Shown one piece after another: positions 7,889 through 18,382 of a stretch of 64,000 nt of DNA. The stretch comes from Elusimicrobiaceae bacterium (GTDB lineage: Bacteria; Elusimicrobiota; Elusimicrobia; Elusimicrobiales; Elusimicrobiaceae), in assembly GCA_045645285.1 (NCBI GenBank), contig JAZRIL010000006.1:1185-65184 (forward strand), written 5' to 3'. The translations under genes were made by a program, and so were the position numbers. A model generated the notes under the pieces. That model did no database searches, was not told where the DNA came from, and saw only the letters and a program-made list of their open reading frames with translations. Every line of letters begins with the position of its first letter. Within the stretch, counting starts at the first letter, position 1.

Positions 7889-8560
7889 ATGGAAAGAAAA
7901 AATCAGTTAAAGATTTGTTTGACCTCGCCCCTTGCGGGAGAGGATGCCCACAGGGCAGGTGAGGGGTGTAAAAAAGGAAATAACTTTATGGTTTCCCCCT
8001 CATCGGTTTGTTCGGACTTCGTCCGCCAAACCACTTCCCCCTCACAGGGGGGAAGCCATACGGCAAACAGCGGCTTTACGTTAATAGAATTATTGGTCGT
8101 CGTCCTTATTATCGGTATTTTGGCCGCCGTGGCGTTGCCGCAATATCAAAAAGCCGTTATCAAAGCGCGGTTTGCTAATATCAAAACTGTCATGGCAGAC
8201 ATTAAACGCGCCGAAGAAGCATACTATTTAGCCAACGGAGAATATGCGTTTGATTTGGATGCGCTGGCCACGGAAAGTTCATGCCAAAAATTGTCCGCCG
8301 ATGACGGCTCCACCTATACCTGCGGCTCTTACTTTGATGTGGATGTAATTGGAGCCGTACAAGCAGATGCGACCGCAAATCACCTGTACCTGGACGCTTA
8401 TTACTGTCCAACCGTAGCAAGCACCCATACCCGGGTTTCTCAGTGTTTGTCCGCCCGAGAATTTACCTACCGCGTTTGGTTAGATAATTCCTCCAATCCC
8501 GGAACAATCACCTGCACCGGCACGACGGCACTGGGTCAACAAATTTGCGCCAACCCGTAA
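7889..8560 (+). CDS. type IV pilin-like protein with a 71-aa leader
   Basis: SD AAGGAG and motif G|[28 protein letters not shown]. An alternative internal start at 7988 (AAGGAA upstream) cannot be excluded. Confidence 0.75.
   Translation: MERKNQLKICLTSPLAGEDAHRAGEGCKKGNNFMVSPSSVCSDFVRQTTSPSQGGSHTANSGFTLIELLVVVLIIGILAAVALPQYQKAVIKARFANIKTVMADIKRAEEAYYLANGEYAFDLDALATESSCQKLSADDGSTYTCGSYFDVDVIGAVQADATANHLYLDAYYCPTVASTHTRVSQCLSAREFTYRVWLDNSSNPGTITCTGTTALGQQICANP
7923..8055. repeat. array of four GC-rich hairpins inside the pilin-2 leader coding region
   Basis: The hairpins are CCTCGCCC/GGGAGAGG, TGCCC/GGGCA, GGTTTG(CGGAC/GTCCG)CCAAACC and CTTCCCC/GGGGAAG. All are translated in frame. Confidence 0.55.
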
Positions 8561-8590
8561 GAGACGGCCCGCCGACCCCAAGAATAACAT

Positions 8591-8650
8591 TTCCCCTATT
8601 CTCTGGTCGTTGCGTAGAGTTTTTGTACGGAATGTAGAGAATAGGGGAAA
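8591..8650. repeat. long hairpin with 14-bp perfect arms TTCCCCTATTCTCT / AGAGAATAGGGGAA
   Basis: Read directly; 32-nt loop; lies 30 bp downstream of the pilin-2 stop. Confidence 0.6.
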
Positions 8651-8654
8651 ATAG

Positions 8655-8712
8655 GATCTCTCTTTTTTATATCCCGCATAGAAAAACTGCGGGATGACGA
8701 AAAAAGAGAGAT
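8655..8712 (-). repeat. family-1 REP-like hairpin (core 8669..8700) inside outer stem CTCTCTTTTTT/AAAAAAGAGAG
   Basis: The reverse complement of the core is TCGTCATCCCGCAGTTTTTCTATGCGGGATAT. Confidence 0.7.
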
Positions 8713-8754
8713 TTTTAATGTCATAGTTACACGCAACAAGCGAAACGCAGAAAG

Positions 8755-8864
8755 CAAATTTGAGGCAAGGTAAGGCCGCAAGTTGAGCGCCGCGTACGTC
8801 GGCAAGACAACGCGAAGCGTTGCAAGTACGCAAGCGAAAGTCGGCCTTAGATTGCCCAAATTTG
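8755..8864. repeat. family-2 nested palindromic element B (110 bp)
   Basis: TIRs are CAAATTTGAGGCAAGGTAAGGCCG and CGGCCTTAGATTGCCCAAATTTG. It shares GCGCCG.CGTA and TACGCAA.CG blocks with element A. Confidence 0.6.
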
Positions 8865-8874
8865 CAAACTGGAA

Positions 8875-10482
8875 TCAATTAAGCCAACCTTCTTGCTTGG
8901 CATAGTTGTAAATGCCGTTATAAATCCCTTGCGCCATTTTTTTCTGAACACTACTTTGGGTAAGACGGCCGCGGTCTTTACTGCTACTGATGTATCCCAT
9001 TTCTACCAAAATGGCGGGGCTTTGCACCCCTTTTAGAACGTAGAAATTGGCTTGGCGCACGCTGCTGTTTTTATTAACGGCAATACCGATGCCCGGCTGT
9101 TTATATACTTCATTACGCACGTAACCGGCCAGTTTGGAACTTTCGTTAATATATTCATTTTTAGCCAGCGATTGCAACAAAGCGTCCACAAAGTTATAGT
9201 GGACTTCTTCGTATTGCATGGCTTCGTTTTCCAACGCGGCGGTTTCGGCGGCTTCTTTGTCGGTGGCTTTTTCACTGCGGAAATAGACTTCAAAGCCGTT
9301 GGCGTTGCGGTTTTTGGAGGAGTTGGTATGCACGGATACAAACAGATCCGCCTTGAAATTATTAGCCGTTTTGGAACGGCCCGAAAGCGGGATAAACGTG
9401 TCATCTTCGCGCGTGATTTTGACTTCAAAATTTCCTTTCTTAAGCAGTTTGTATAACTCTTTACTTACTGCCAAATTGAGGTCTTTTTCCCGCACGCGCG
9501 AGCGGAGGGCTCCGGGGTCTTTACCACCGTGGCCGGGGTCTATGACAATGCGCATTTTTTTATGCGCGGAGGATATCGCGGCCACCGGACCGGCTTTCAT
9601 CACAACCGTCGGACTGGAGGCCTGCATGGTCAGTTGGGTGGCGGTAATTTGCGTTTCACTGGGCACCAACTCTTCGGCCGGCATTTCTTCAATATCTTGC
9701 GGCGCGGCCGCGGCGGGCGGCGTTTGTATTGGCTTAGAAGATGACAGCGGTGCTAGTTTGCCCGCGCCGACCCGGAAATAAATTTTCCCTTCGTTTTCTT
9801 CCACCGTCCAATGCGTGGCACGCTTGCCCAAAATGACGTGCAGTTTGGCGTCGGCGCGGTCTTGGCGGACAGAAACAGACGAGATGAAATCGGTTTTTAG
9901 ACGGAAGTTTTCATCGCGCTTGACGGTAATGTTCGGGAACACCACGTCCACCGTGTGTGCATTGGGCGACTCGGACGACCACGTTACAGGCCCGCGCGCC
10001 GCAAACACAAGCCGGTTTTCCGATGGCGTTAACTGATTATCCGTACGAGATAACTGAAACGGACGCTCCGCCAGCAGTTGGTCATCCGAAAAAGAAATTT
10101 CTTTACCCACGGCTTTTTGCACGTCCGGCAATAGGAAAAATTCCACCGGCACCAACATACTGCCTCCGTCAATTTGTACCGGAGCCGTTAATTGGGCGGT
10201 TTTGGCGTTGATGATAAATTCGCTGAGTCCCGCCGTTAAAATGGCATAAAATCCGCGGGCGGTCAGTTTGGCTTGCTTGGAACGGGCAAACAATTCCACA
10301 CTTAAACCCAAACTGCGGGCTGTTTTTTGCAAGTCCACATAGGTTACGCCGTTTTGCGTACGGCCGGAGAGCATCGTTTGTTTGCGCCCGGAAACCAGGA
10401 GCGGGATTTTATCTTGCCCATATACCGGACAAGACAAAATCCCTAACAAAATGATCCCTAGCAACCGTAACACACGTTCCAT
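8875..10482 (-). CDS. N-acetylmuramoyl-L-alanine amidase (AmiC-like, secreted)
   Basis: Start at MERVLRLLGIILLGILSCPVYG (signal peptide). C-terminal amidase_3 motifs are IDPGHGGKDPGA and FVSVHTNS. Confidence 0.85.
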   Translation of the reverse strand: MERVLRLLGIILLGILSCPVYGQDKIPLLVSGRKQTMLSGRTQNGVTYVDLQKTARSLGLSVELFARSKQAKLTARGFYAILTAGLSEFIINAKTAQLTAPVQIDGGSMLVPVEFFLLPDVQKAVGKEISFSDDQLLAERPFQLSRTDNQLTPSENRLVFAARGPVTWSSESPNAHTVDVVFPNITVKRDENFRLKTDFISSVSVRQDRADAKLHVILGKRATHWTVEENEGKIYFRVGAGKLAPLSSSKPIQTPPAAAAPQDIEEMPAEELVPSETQITATQLTMQASSPTVVMKAGPVAAISSAHKKMRIVIDPGHGGKDPGALRSRVREKDLNLAVSKELYKLLKKGNFEVKITREDDTFIPLSGRSKTANNFKADLFVSVHTNSSKNRNANGFEVYFRSEKATDKEAAETAALENEAMQYEEVHYNFVDALLQSLAKNEYINESSKLAGYVRNEVYKQPGIGIAVNKNSSVRQANFYVLKGVQSPAILVEMGYISSSKDRGRLTQSSVQKKMAQGIYNGIYNYAKQEGWLN

Positions 10483-10499
10483 AACAAACGGGGAATTTT

Positions 10500-11954
10500 T
10501 TATTCCAATACGATTTTGTAATCTTCCCACGCCAGTTGCGGATCGGCCTGGATTTTGAGCGTGCGGTGAATATTCTGCTCAATATCTTCCTGGCGCAGTT
10601 TAATAGCATCGGCCAACACCGGGTGCAATACGACGCGCAAATTTCCACCGGGACGGCCGTTAGTCAGGTCGTAAATTTCGCGCTGGATTTTAATACGCAT
10701 ACTTTCAGCCGATAAAACCCGGCCCGAACCGTGGCATTGGGGACATTCTTCGCTGATGAAACTGCCCGTACTGGCGCGTTTGCGCTCGCGCGTCATTTCC
10801 ACCAAGCCCAAACGGGTGATGGGTAAAATGCGGATTTTGGCCCGGTCGCCGCGGACGGCTTGCGCGAGTGCTTCCACCACGCGGTGACGGCTGGAGGCCT
10901 TGCGCATATCAATAAAGTCAATCACAATGATCCCGCCGATATTGCGCAAGCGCAGTTGGTGGGCGATTTCCTGTGCGGCTTCAATGTTGGTCTGCGTAAC
11001 CGTTTCTTCCTGCGATTTGTTACCGGTAAATTTACCGGTATTTACGTCAATAGCACAAAGCGATTCGGCCTCTTGGATAATAATACTTCCGCCGTTAGGC
11101 AAAGGCAGTTTAATTTTGCGTAAATTATCAATTTCTTTTTCCACATCGTACGCTTCAAAAATCGGCGTTTTGCCTTTGTAGAGTTTTACGCGGTCGGCCA
11201 GTTCCGGCGAGTTCTTGCTGACAAAATCCATCACGCGGTTGTAATCTTTTTCGTTATCCAACATATACACTTTGGCATTTTCGGATAACACATCCCGCGC
11301 CACTTGAAGTACGGCGTCCATGTCTTCGTGTAACAAGCGCGGCGAGCGCGATGTTTCAAACTTCTTGACAATGGATTGCCATTGGCGATAGAGATATTTA
11401 ATCTCGCGTTCCAGTTCTTCTTTAGTGGCTTCTTCGGCTTCCGTGCGGACAATGCACCCCATGCCGTTTAAATGCTTTTCGGCTAATTCTTGCATGATAT
11501 CGTTTAATTTATGGCGTGCTTCCACATCTTCAATGTGTTTGGAAACCCCGACGAAACTTTGGTGCGGCGTAAGCACTAAATAGCGGCCGGGCAAGGTAAC
11601 GTCCATGGTTACCTTCATCCCTTTGGTGCTGATAGCATCTTTGACCACTTGCACCATGACTTCTTGACCTTTGTGAAGGGTTTTATCTATATTCTTTTTA
11701 TCACCGCCGATAACATCGGAAATGTATAAGTAGGCGTTTTTTTCATAGCCGATATTCAAAAATGCGCTGGAAATACCGGGTAGTACATTTTCCACAGTAC
11801 CTTTGTAAATGTTACCTACAATGTTAAGCGCGCCGCGGCGTTCCCACAAGAGTTCGTTGACGCGTCCGTCTTCTAAAATCGCAATACGCGTTTCTTCAAA
11901 CGACGTATTGACCAATGCTTCCACTACCGGAAGTTCTTCGTTAAGTTTGCTCAT
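10500..11954 (-). CDS. rng: ribonuclease G/E family endoribonuclease
   Basis: 484 aa with an S1 domain (GNIYKGTVENVLPGISSAFLNIG) and DVNTGKF and IIVIDFIDM motifs. Confidence 0.88.
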   Translation of the reverse strand: MSKLNEELPVVEALVNTSFEETRIAILEDGRVNELLWERRGALNIVGNIYKGTVENVLPGISSAFLNIGYEKNAYLYISDVIGGDKKNIDKTLHKGQEVMVQVVKDAISTKGMKVTMDVTLPGRYLVLTPHQSFVGVSKHIEDVEARHKLNDIMQELAEKHLNGMGCIVRTEAEEATKEELEREIKYLYRQWQSIVKKFETSRSPRLLHEDMDAVLQVARDVLSENAKVYMLDNEKDYNRVMDFVSKNSPELADRVKLYKGKTPIFEAYDVEKEIDNLRKIKLPLPNGGSIIIQEAESLCAIDVNTGKFTGNKSQEETVTQTNIEAAQEIAHQLRLRNIGGIIVIDFIDMRKASSRHRVVEALAQAVRGDRAKIRILPITRLGLVEMTRERKRASTGSFISEECPQCHGSGRVLSAESMRIKIQREIYDLTNGRPGGNLRVVLHPVLADAIKLRQEDIEQNIHRTLKIQADPQLAWEDYKIVLE

Positions 11955-11988
11955 GTATCAAATCCTCACTTGGGGTATTTCCCCTGTT

Positions 11989-12687
11989 TTAAATCGGGTG
12001 AAACTCGCCTTGCGAATCCCGCCAACATAATTCCTGCCTGATAAAAACTAAACCTGCTAGCGCAATGTTTTCGTCCTGCGGCGGGATTTCTATCCCCGCC
12101 CACGCGGCGACAAACCATTGCGGACTCACCCATTGGCCGTCTACCGGAGCCAATAACAACATTATTTCATCCGGTGCACAAACACGGGCGTCAACCAATC
12201 CCGCCGTAATATTACGCTTGCGCACCGTCTGATCCGCGGACCGCAGGGTAACCGTAAGTTCCCCCACCTTGTTCCACGTTTCCAACTTCCGCCCGGAAGA
12301 AAGATACACAGAAAAATCCCCCTTCACCCGGTACCTGGCCGCGGCTGCCAAGTTCTGCACGGAGGGCAGCGGATACGGTACGCGCGTCAGTTGCAACAGT
12401 TCAAACCCCTTCGGGGCCGTTTGCAACAACGCTTGGCGTACTTCGTCTTCACTGCGTTTTTCCAGCAGATAAATATCCAGGTACTCGCGCTCGGCCCGCT
12501 GTCCTGTAGCGGGAGCCGGGCCGTACGCCAGCCGTGGCAAACTGGCCACAAACTTGGACGGCTCATACGGCAAGCCCGAGTCAAGCACCATTCTTTTTAT
12601 ACCGCGTAAAACGTGTGCATGCTCCGCTGGGTTACCTTGCCAACGGAACACTATACGCATTTTATAAATTTTTGGGGTGTAATTCAT
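11989..12687 (-). CDS. DUF2344/TIGR03936-like (radical-SAM-linked) protein
   Basis: 232 aa. Weak by-eye resemblance plus the commonly seen position upstream of rng. Low certainty. Confidence 0.45.
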   Translation of the reverse strand: MNYTPKIYKMRIVFRWQGNPAEHAHVLRGIKRMVLDSGLPYEPSKFVASLPRLAYGPAPATGQRAEREYLDIYLLEKRSEDEVRQALLQTAPKGFELLQLTRVPYPLPSVQNLAAAARYRVKGDFSVYLSSGRKLETWNKVGELTVTLRSADQTVRKRNITAGLVDARVCAPDEIMLLLAPVDGQWVSPQWFVAAWAGIEIPPQDENIALAGLVFIRQELCWRDSQGEFHPI

Positions 12688-12692
12688 CTTTT

Positions 12693-14012
12693 TTATGCTC
12701 TAAGGCGGCGTGCATAAACCGATTGCACCACCCCCAGCGCCCACAAACTGGACACCAGGTTGGACCCTCCGTACGAGATAAACGGAAGCGGTATCCCCGC
12801 CACCGGCACAATGCCGATTAACATCCCATAGTTAATTAGCATATACGTGAAAAACATTCCAAAAATTCCGGCACATACCAGGTAGCCGTACCTATCGCCT
12901 GAAGCGTACGCCACCGCAATAATGCGCCACAAAATAATAAAATATAACCCCAACACGCATAGCGTACCCCATAAACCGAGTTCTTCCCCGACTACTGCCA
13001 AAATAAAATCGGTATGCCGCTCCGGCACAAACCCCAGGCGCGACTGCGTACCCGAAAACAGCCCTTTGCCCATAATGCCGCCGGCCCCCATGGCAATTTG
13101 CGCTTGCAATATGTTATACCCTGCCCCCTGCGGATCAGACCGCGGTGCTAAAAAGGCCTCCACACGTTTGCGCTGGTGGGGTTTCATCTGGTGTTCCACA
13201 AACATCCCGCCGAAAAGTCCGGCCAATACCACTGACGTAGCCAGCACAAAATAAAAGGAAGGCAGATAAATCCGAAACTGTTTGAATAACCACCAAGCCC
13301 CGTACCCCAGCAACATGACCACCGCCGAAAAACCGGCTATATACCACCCGTTATGGGCTAACCCGTGGAACACCCGCACCAACGGATAGTCCATCAGTTC
13401 GGGATGCAAATAAATATATGTCCAAGAAATTGTAAAAAATCCCGTTACCCCCGCCAGCAGGGCAATCAACCCCAGGTAAAAAACATTTACTCCGGTACAG
13501 TACAACAGCACCAGCAACGCAGGCAACGTGACCACTACGGATGAAAAATCCGGTTGCATCATAATAAGCCCAAAAATCGGCAACAGCAACAGACACAGCC
13601 AAAACACGGAAGAAACTTCCCGGATGCGCCGGCCGCGGCGGTCCAAAAAAGCGGCGGCTACCAAAATGGTACAAACCCGGCAAATTTCGGAGGGTTGCAT
13701 AGAGAAAAACGGCAACACAAACCACGAACGCGACCCGCGCTGATAGGACCCGAACAACAACACCCCCACCAATAACAGCAAAATGAACCCATACAGGGCC
13801 TTCCACTGTTCATCATAGATTTGATAATTGAAACTCCACCCTACAAAAAACGCCAACGCGCCCACCGGCAGTGCAATACAATGCGTACGTACAACCGGGT
13901 TGGCCCAGGAAATACTGTTCACGGCCGACATAATACACAAGGCCCCCAACAACACCAGCGCCACCATCGCACCCAGCAAAATGTAATCCAATCGGTTGCG
14001 GCTATTTCCCAT
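12693..14012 (-). CDS. rodA: rod shape-determining SEDS glycosyltransferase RodA
   Basis: 439-aa polytopic FtsW/RodA/SpoVE-type protein (DFILAVVGEELG, PLPFISYGGS), downstream of mrdA. Confidence 0.88.
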   Translation of the reverse strand: MGNSRNRLDYILLGAMVALVLLGALCIMSAVNSISWANPVVRTHCIALPVGALAFFVGWSFNYQIYDEQWKALYGFILLLLVGVLLFGSYQRGSRSWFVLPFFSMQPSEICRVCTILVAAAFLDRRGRRIREVSSVFWLCLLLLPIFGLIMMQPDFSSVVVTLPALLVLLYCTGVNVFYLGLIALLAGVTGFFTISWTYIYLHPELMDYPLVRVFHGLAHNGWYIAGFSAVVMLLGYGAWWLFKQFRIYLPSFYFVLATSVVLAGLFGGMFVEHQMKPHQRKRVEAFLAPRSDPQGAGYNILQAQIAMGAGGIMGKGLFSGTQSRLGFVPERHTDFILAVVGEELGLWGTLCVLGLYFIILWRIIAVAYASGDRYGYLVCAGIFGMFFTYMLINYGMLIGIVPVAGIPLPFISYGGSNLVSSLWALGVVQSVYARRLRA

Positions 14013-14019
14013 AAATATT

Positions 14020-15849
14020 CTATCTCCTGTAACTCTCCAGCGGGCTTAAAAGTTCTTCATATTCTTCTTCCGTTTTGGCAACCGGCTGGTGTAACGGGCT
14101 TTCAAAATACGCTTTTAACATATCGTGGGCAATCGGCCCGGCGGTGGCAGAACCACTTTCGCCATATTCCACAAACACCGCTACGGCGATTTCGGGCGTT
14201 TGCCCCGGCCTGGCGGCAAATGCCATAAACCAACCGTGGTCGGCCCCGTGCGGATTTTGCGCCGTACCCGTTTTGCCATACACCTCTATTCCCTTGATTT
14301 TGGCCCGGCGCGCGGTACCTTTGTCCACCGTATGTTTAAGGGCTTTGAACAAAGCGTCGTATGTTTCCGGTTTTAAATCCGCGTGTTGCAAAATGGTCGG
14401 GCGGCCCACCAGTTGCGTTTTGCCGGTTTGATTGCTGACAATTTTTTCCACATAATACGGGCGGTAGATATTGCCCCGGCTGGCCAAGGCGGCGGCAAAT
14501 TGCGCCAACTTAATCGGCGTAACTAACAATTCCCCTTGTCCGATAGATAAATTAAGCGTATCGCCGATAAACCAATACGTTTTATTACGCGCCCGGCGGG
14601 TAGGGCCGTACAAGTTGCCGGCTTTTTCACCGGGCAAATCAATACCGGTCGGCCGGCCGAACATAAACATCCGTTGGACACGTTCAATAGCAGCCGCGCC
14701 CAACTGAGCCGCTATGGTGTAAAAATAAACGTCACACGAGTGTCCCATCGCTTCCCAAAAATCTACTGGGCCGTGCTCGCCCCAGCATTTAAAAATACGC
14801 GGGCCGGCATTGTATTTACCATAACAACCGATTTTCCGCTCCGTGTCTAATTGCCCGTTTTCCAGTGCGGCCGCCGCCGTAATAACTTTAAACGTGGAAG
14901 CCGGCGGATAAATACCTTGCAAGGCCAAATTGTACTCGCTTATTTTTTTGGTGGACGGCTCCTGTTCCTGGTCGCTGTACGGTACAAAGATATTCGGGTC
15001 GTACGCCGGCGCACTGGCCAGTGCCAGCACTGCCCCGGTACGCGGGTCCAACGCCACCGCCGCGCCGCGACCGGTAAGGGAATTTTTAAGTCCGTTCTCC
15101 GCGGCTTGTTGGACGGCAAAATCCAACGTCAAATATACATCACTGCCGGCCGCCCACTTTTTATCTTCAATAATGCTTTTCACGCGACCGCGGTAATCCA
15201 CTTCCAAAAATACCCCGCCGTCTTTGCCTTTTAAATCTTGCTCAAATTTTTTTTCAATGCCGTTTTTACCGATTTTACTGGATAAACGGTATCCCAATTT
15301 GTTATCGCGCTTGCGCCATTGGCGTTCATCCAAACTGCCTAAATAGCCCAACAGGTGACTGGCAAAAATACCGTACGGATAATTACGTTTTGTTTCTTCA
15401 ATCAAATAAATCCCGGGGTAATAATACTGCAATTCCTGTAACGCCACGGTGCTTTTGGTAGACAAATTTTCCGCCAACAATACGGCTTTGCCGCTGGACG
15501 AACCCGATAATAATTTGGCTTGTAAAATTTCTTCCGTTACGTGCAAATGCGGCGCAAAATCACGCGCCAGGCGGGCCAGATACGCCGCGTCTTGCGTACC
15601 GCCTAAATAATACAAACTGAAGGAAGGAGCATTGGACGCCACGGCCACGCCGTCCGAGGTAAATACCCGGCCGCGCGGAGCCGTTTGATACAAAATTTGG
15701 GTCCGGTTCCGCTCGGCCATTTGCAAATACGCATTATGCCGCAAGATTTGAATATCAACCAGGCGCAACGCAATAATACTTCCCGCCAAGGCGGCAAGTA
15801 TCATCATCGTTTTTAAGCGCATATTGAACAAAACTTTTGTAACGGCCAT
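14020..15849 (-). CDS. mrdA: penicillin-binding protein 2 (elongasome transpeptidase)
   Basis: 609 aa with STFK (ASTFKVITA) and KTGTA motifs, located between mreD and rodA. Confidence 0.9.
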   Translation of the reverse strand: MAVTKVLFNMRLKTMMILAALAGSIIALRLVDIQILRHNAYLQMAERNRTQILYQTAPRGRVFTSDGVAVASNAPSFSLYYLGGTQDAAYLARLARDFAPHLHVTEEILQAKLLSGSSSGKAVLLAENLSTKSTVALQELQYYYPGIYLIEETKRNYPYGIFASHLLGYLGSLDERQWRKRDNKLGYRLSSKIGKNGIEKKFEQDLKGKDGGVFLEVDYRGRVKSIIEDKKWAAGSDVYLTLDFAVQQAAENGLKNSLTGRGAAVALDPRTGAVLALASAPAYDPNIFVPYSDQEQEPSTKKISEYNLALQGIYPPASTFKVITAAAALENGQLDTERKIGCYGKYNAGPRIFKCWGEHGPVDFWEAMGHSCDVYFYTIAAQLGAAAIERVQRMFMFGRPTGIDLPGEKAGNLYGPTRRARNKTYWFIGDTLNLSIGQGELLVTPIKLAQFAAALASRGNIYRPYYVEKIVSNQTGKTQLVGRPTILQHADLKPETYDALFKALKHTVDKGTARRAKIKGIEVYGKTGTAQNPHGADHGWFMAFAARPGQTPEIAVAVFVEYGESGSATAGPIAHDMLKAYFESPLHQPVAKTEEEYEELLSPLESYRR

Positions 15850-15861
15850 GGTACCTCTGTA

Positions 15862-16353
15862 TCAACGCTCCTCGGCACAACAGCCGGCCCATACCCAACG
15901 AACCGTCGCAAATACCACCGGTGCAAGCAGCGCTCCTACGGCGGCTCCGCCCACTAAACTGACGGTGCCCGGCCACATAAAAGAGGAAGTAAACCGCATC
16001 AGCAATAAACTGTTTATCACTCCCACCAAACACGAAAGCATAAATACCACTACGGCCTGCGGCAAAAAGCCGGAAAAATCAATCCGTTCCCGTAAAGCAT
16101 ATACCAAGCACGCCGCCACGGTAAACGAGAACGCGTTATTGCCAAACAATTTCGTGCCGAAAAAATCTAAAAAAAGCCCGCATAAAAAAGCCATTGGGTA
16201 TCCGATTTCCAACTGGACCACCGCACAAAAGGCAATTGCAAACACCAACATAAAGTTTACGTTTAATCCCCAATACGAAAACAGCGTGGCAAACCCCCAG
16301 TGGCACACCGTGGCGACCACAAATAACATAAATAATTTACAGACCTTCCACAT
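15862..16353 (-). CDS. mreD: rod shape-determining protein MreD
   Basis: 163-aa hydrophobic protein directly after mreC. Confidence 0.75.
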   Translation of the reverse strand: MWKVCKLFMLFVVATVCHWGFATLFSYWGLNVNFMLVFAIAFCAVVQLEIGYPMAFLCGLFLDFFGTKLFGNNAFSFTVAACLVYALRERIDFSGFLPQAVVVFMLSCLVGVINSLLLMRFTSSFMWPGTVSLVGGAAVGALLAPVVFATVRWVWAGCCAEER

Positions 16354-16356
16354 AAA

Positions 16357-17265
16357 TTACAAGGCCTCCTGTTTAAAAAGGACAAAAAGTTCCTTTACCG
16401 CGGCCGAACGCACCAGCGGTTCCACTTCCACCGTTTGGGCCGTTTGAAAACTGCTGTCTTCGCGCACCGCACGCACGTAACCCACCAAAATCCCCGCCGG
16501 GAAAATACTGCTGGTAGAAGAGGTAAACACCTTATCCCCTTTGGAAATTTGAGCCACCAGCGGCAAATATTTAATGCGCACGGCATGCGCACCGCCACCC
16601 ACCAACAGCCCTTCTTCTTGGCCTTTTTCCAGCGTTACCGCGGCCGAAAAATCTTCATCGCGCACGAGAAGTACTTTGGACGTGTTTTCCGCCACTTCCA
16701 CCACCACGCCGGCCAACCCTTCCTGACCGTGCTCCAACGAAAGCACCGCGCTGCGTTCCTCTATGCCGTCCGCCGCGCCTTTGTCTATAATAACGGTGTT
16801 CCATTGGCTGGGTTCGCGGTACGCCACTTTAGCCCACACCCCTTGCCAAGGCGTAGCCGGCTTGAGTGCCAGCGCCGAAGCCAACCGCACGTTTTCTTTA
16901 AATACGCTTTCGGCTTGCGCCGCCAATAAATGTTCCATTTCAATTTGCTGTTTTAAGCGAAGGTTTTCTTGGTGGACGTTTAATAATTCATGGACGGTCT
17001 GGTTAACCCCTTGGGCATATTTTACCGCGCCGTGCGCCACCCGAACCTGCGGAATAAACACGTACGATAAAACGGTCTTTACCGAGGTCACAACACCACC
17101 CAGGGGCAAAATCATCAACAAAAAAGATAACAATAAAAAAGCCACCGGGAACAACACGCGACGGCGGTTGCCGGTATATATTTGTTTTTTAATCGTTTTC
17201 TTACGAGAAGATACCATATAACTTGGAACCGTTTTTAATACGCGCAAACGGTTAAACGCATCCAT
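16357..17265 (-). CDS. mreC: rod shape-determining protein MreC
   Basis: ATG at 17265; the track start at 17268 is TTG. TM segment plus coiled coil plus beta domain, in the position after mreB. Confidence 0.8.
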   Translation of the reverse strand: MDAFNRLRVLKTVPSYMVSSRKKTIKKQIYTGNRRRVLFPVAFLLLSFLLMILPLGGVVTSVKTVLSYVFIPQVRVAHGAVKYAQGVNQTVHELLNVHQENLRLKQQIEMEHLLAAQAESVFKENVRLASALALKPATPWQGVWAKVAYREPSQWNTVIIDKGAADGIEERSAVLSLEHGQEGLAGVVVEVAENTSKVLLVRDEDFSAAVTLEKGQEEGLLVGGGAHAVRIKYLPLVAQISKGDKVFTSSTSSIFPAGILVGYVRAVREDSSFQTAQTVEVEPLVRSAAVKELFVLFKQEAL

Positions 17266-17328
17266 CAAAAAGCGGACACAACTTGTCTAGCAAGTGGTGC
17301 CCGCTTTTAATCCAACGGTAAAGCAAAA

Positions 17329-18372
17329 TTAGAACGACTTTCCGCGCGAACTAAAGAAGCGGGTTCCTTTTTCGTTAAGTTGCTCTAAAAACTTGCCCGT
17401 GCCCAATGCCACACAACTCAAAGGATCGGCTGCGCGATGCACCGGGATATCTGTTTCTTTGCGGATGAGTTCGGTAATACCCCGCAAAAGACTGCCGCCT
17501 CCCGCCACCACCAGACCGCGGTCCACTAAATCGGCCGCAAGTTCGGGCGGAGTTTCTTCCAGCGTACTTTTAATAACATCCAAAATCAAGCGCACCGGCT
17601 CCATGAGGGCTTGGCGGATTTCCTCGGAAGTAACCGTTAAAGTGCGAGGCAAACCTTGTGTTTGGTCGCGCCCTTTGACTTCCATGGATTTTTCCTCTTT
17701 AAGCGGGTATACAGACCCTAAGTTAATTTTGACTTCTTCGGCGGTGGTTTCCCCAATAATCAAGTTGTATTTTTTGCGGAAATACTGCACAATGCACTCG
17801 GTGAGTTCATCCCCGGCTACATCTACCGACTTCGCTACCACCATACCACCCAGCGAAATGACGGCTACTTCCGTCGTACCGCCACCAATATCTACAATCA
17901 TACTGGCGTGCGGTTCGGCAATCGGCAAATCCGCCCCCATGGCCGAAGCCATAGGTTCTTCAATCAAATACACTTTACGCGCACCGGCCTGGTAGGCGGC
18001 GTCTTCCACTGCCCGGCGTTCCACTCCGGTAATGTCCGAAGGGATACCAATGACAATGCGCGGACGTAACAGACTGCTACGGCTGTGCACTTTGCGGATA
18101 AAGTAACGAATCATTTCTTGCGTGACTTCAAAATCCGCAATGACACCGTTTTTCATCGGGCGTACGGCTACGATGTTGGCAGGCGTGCGGCCCAGCATTT
18201 GCTTGGCCTTGGCGCCTACGGCTTTTACTTCGCCGGTATCTCTTTCCACCGCGACCACGGACGGCTCACGCAACACAATGCCTTTATCCTTGACATAAAT
18301 CAAGCAGTTGGCGGTGCCTAAGTCCATCCCTAAGTCCGAGGAAAAAAGCCCTCCCAAATAGTCTATTACCAT
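17329..18372 (-). CDS. mreB: rod shape-determining protein MreB
   Basis: 347-aa actin-like ATPase ([24 protein letters not shown]). Confidence 0.95.
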   Translation of the reverse strand: MVIDYLGGLFSSDLGMDLGTANCLIYVKDKGIVLREPSVVAVERDTGEVKAVGAKAKQMLGRTPANIVAVRPMKNGVIADFEVTQEMIRYFIRKVHSRSSLLRPRIVIGIPSDITGVERRAVEDAAYQAGARKVYLIEEPMASAMGADLPIAEPHASMIVDIGGGTTEVAVISLGGMVVAKSVDVAGDELTECIVQYFRKKYNLIIGETTAEEVKINLGSVYPLKEEKSMEVKGRDQTQGLPRTLTVTSEEIRQALMEPVRLILDVIKSTLEETPPELAADLVDRGLVVAGGGSLLRGITELIRKETDIPVHRAADPLSCVALGTGKFLEQLNEKGTRFFSSRGKSF

Positions 18373-18382
18373 GGGTTGCCTC

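Noticed and set aside
8480-8878. Minus-strand ORFs of 132 and 87 aa downstream of pilin 2.
   Set aside because: They consist of translated palindromic repeats (family-1 and family-2 elements), have no SD, and overlap each other.
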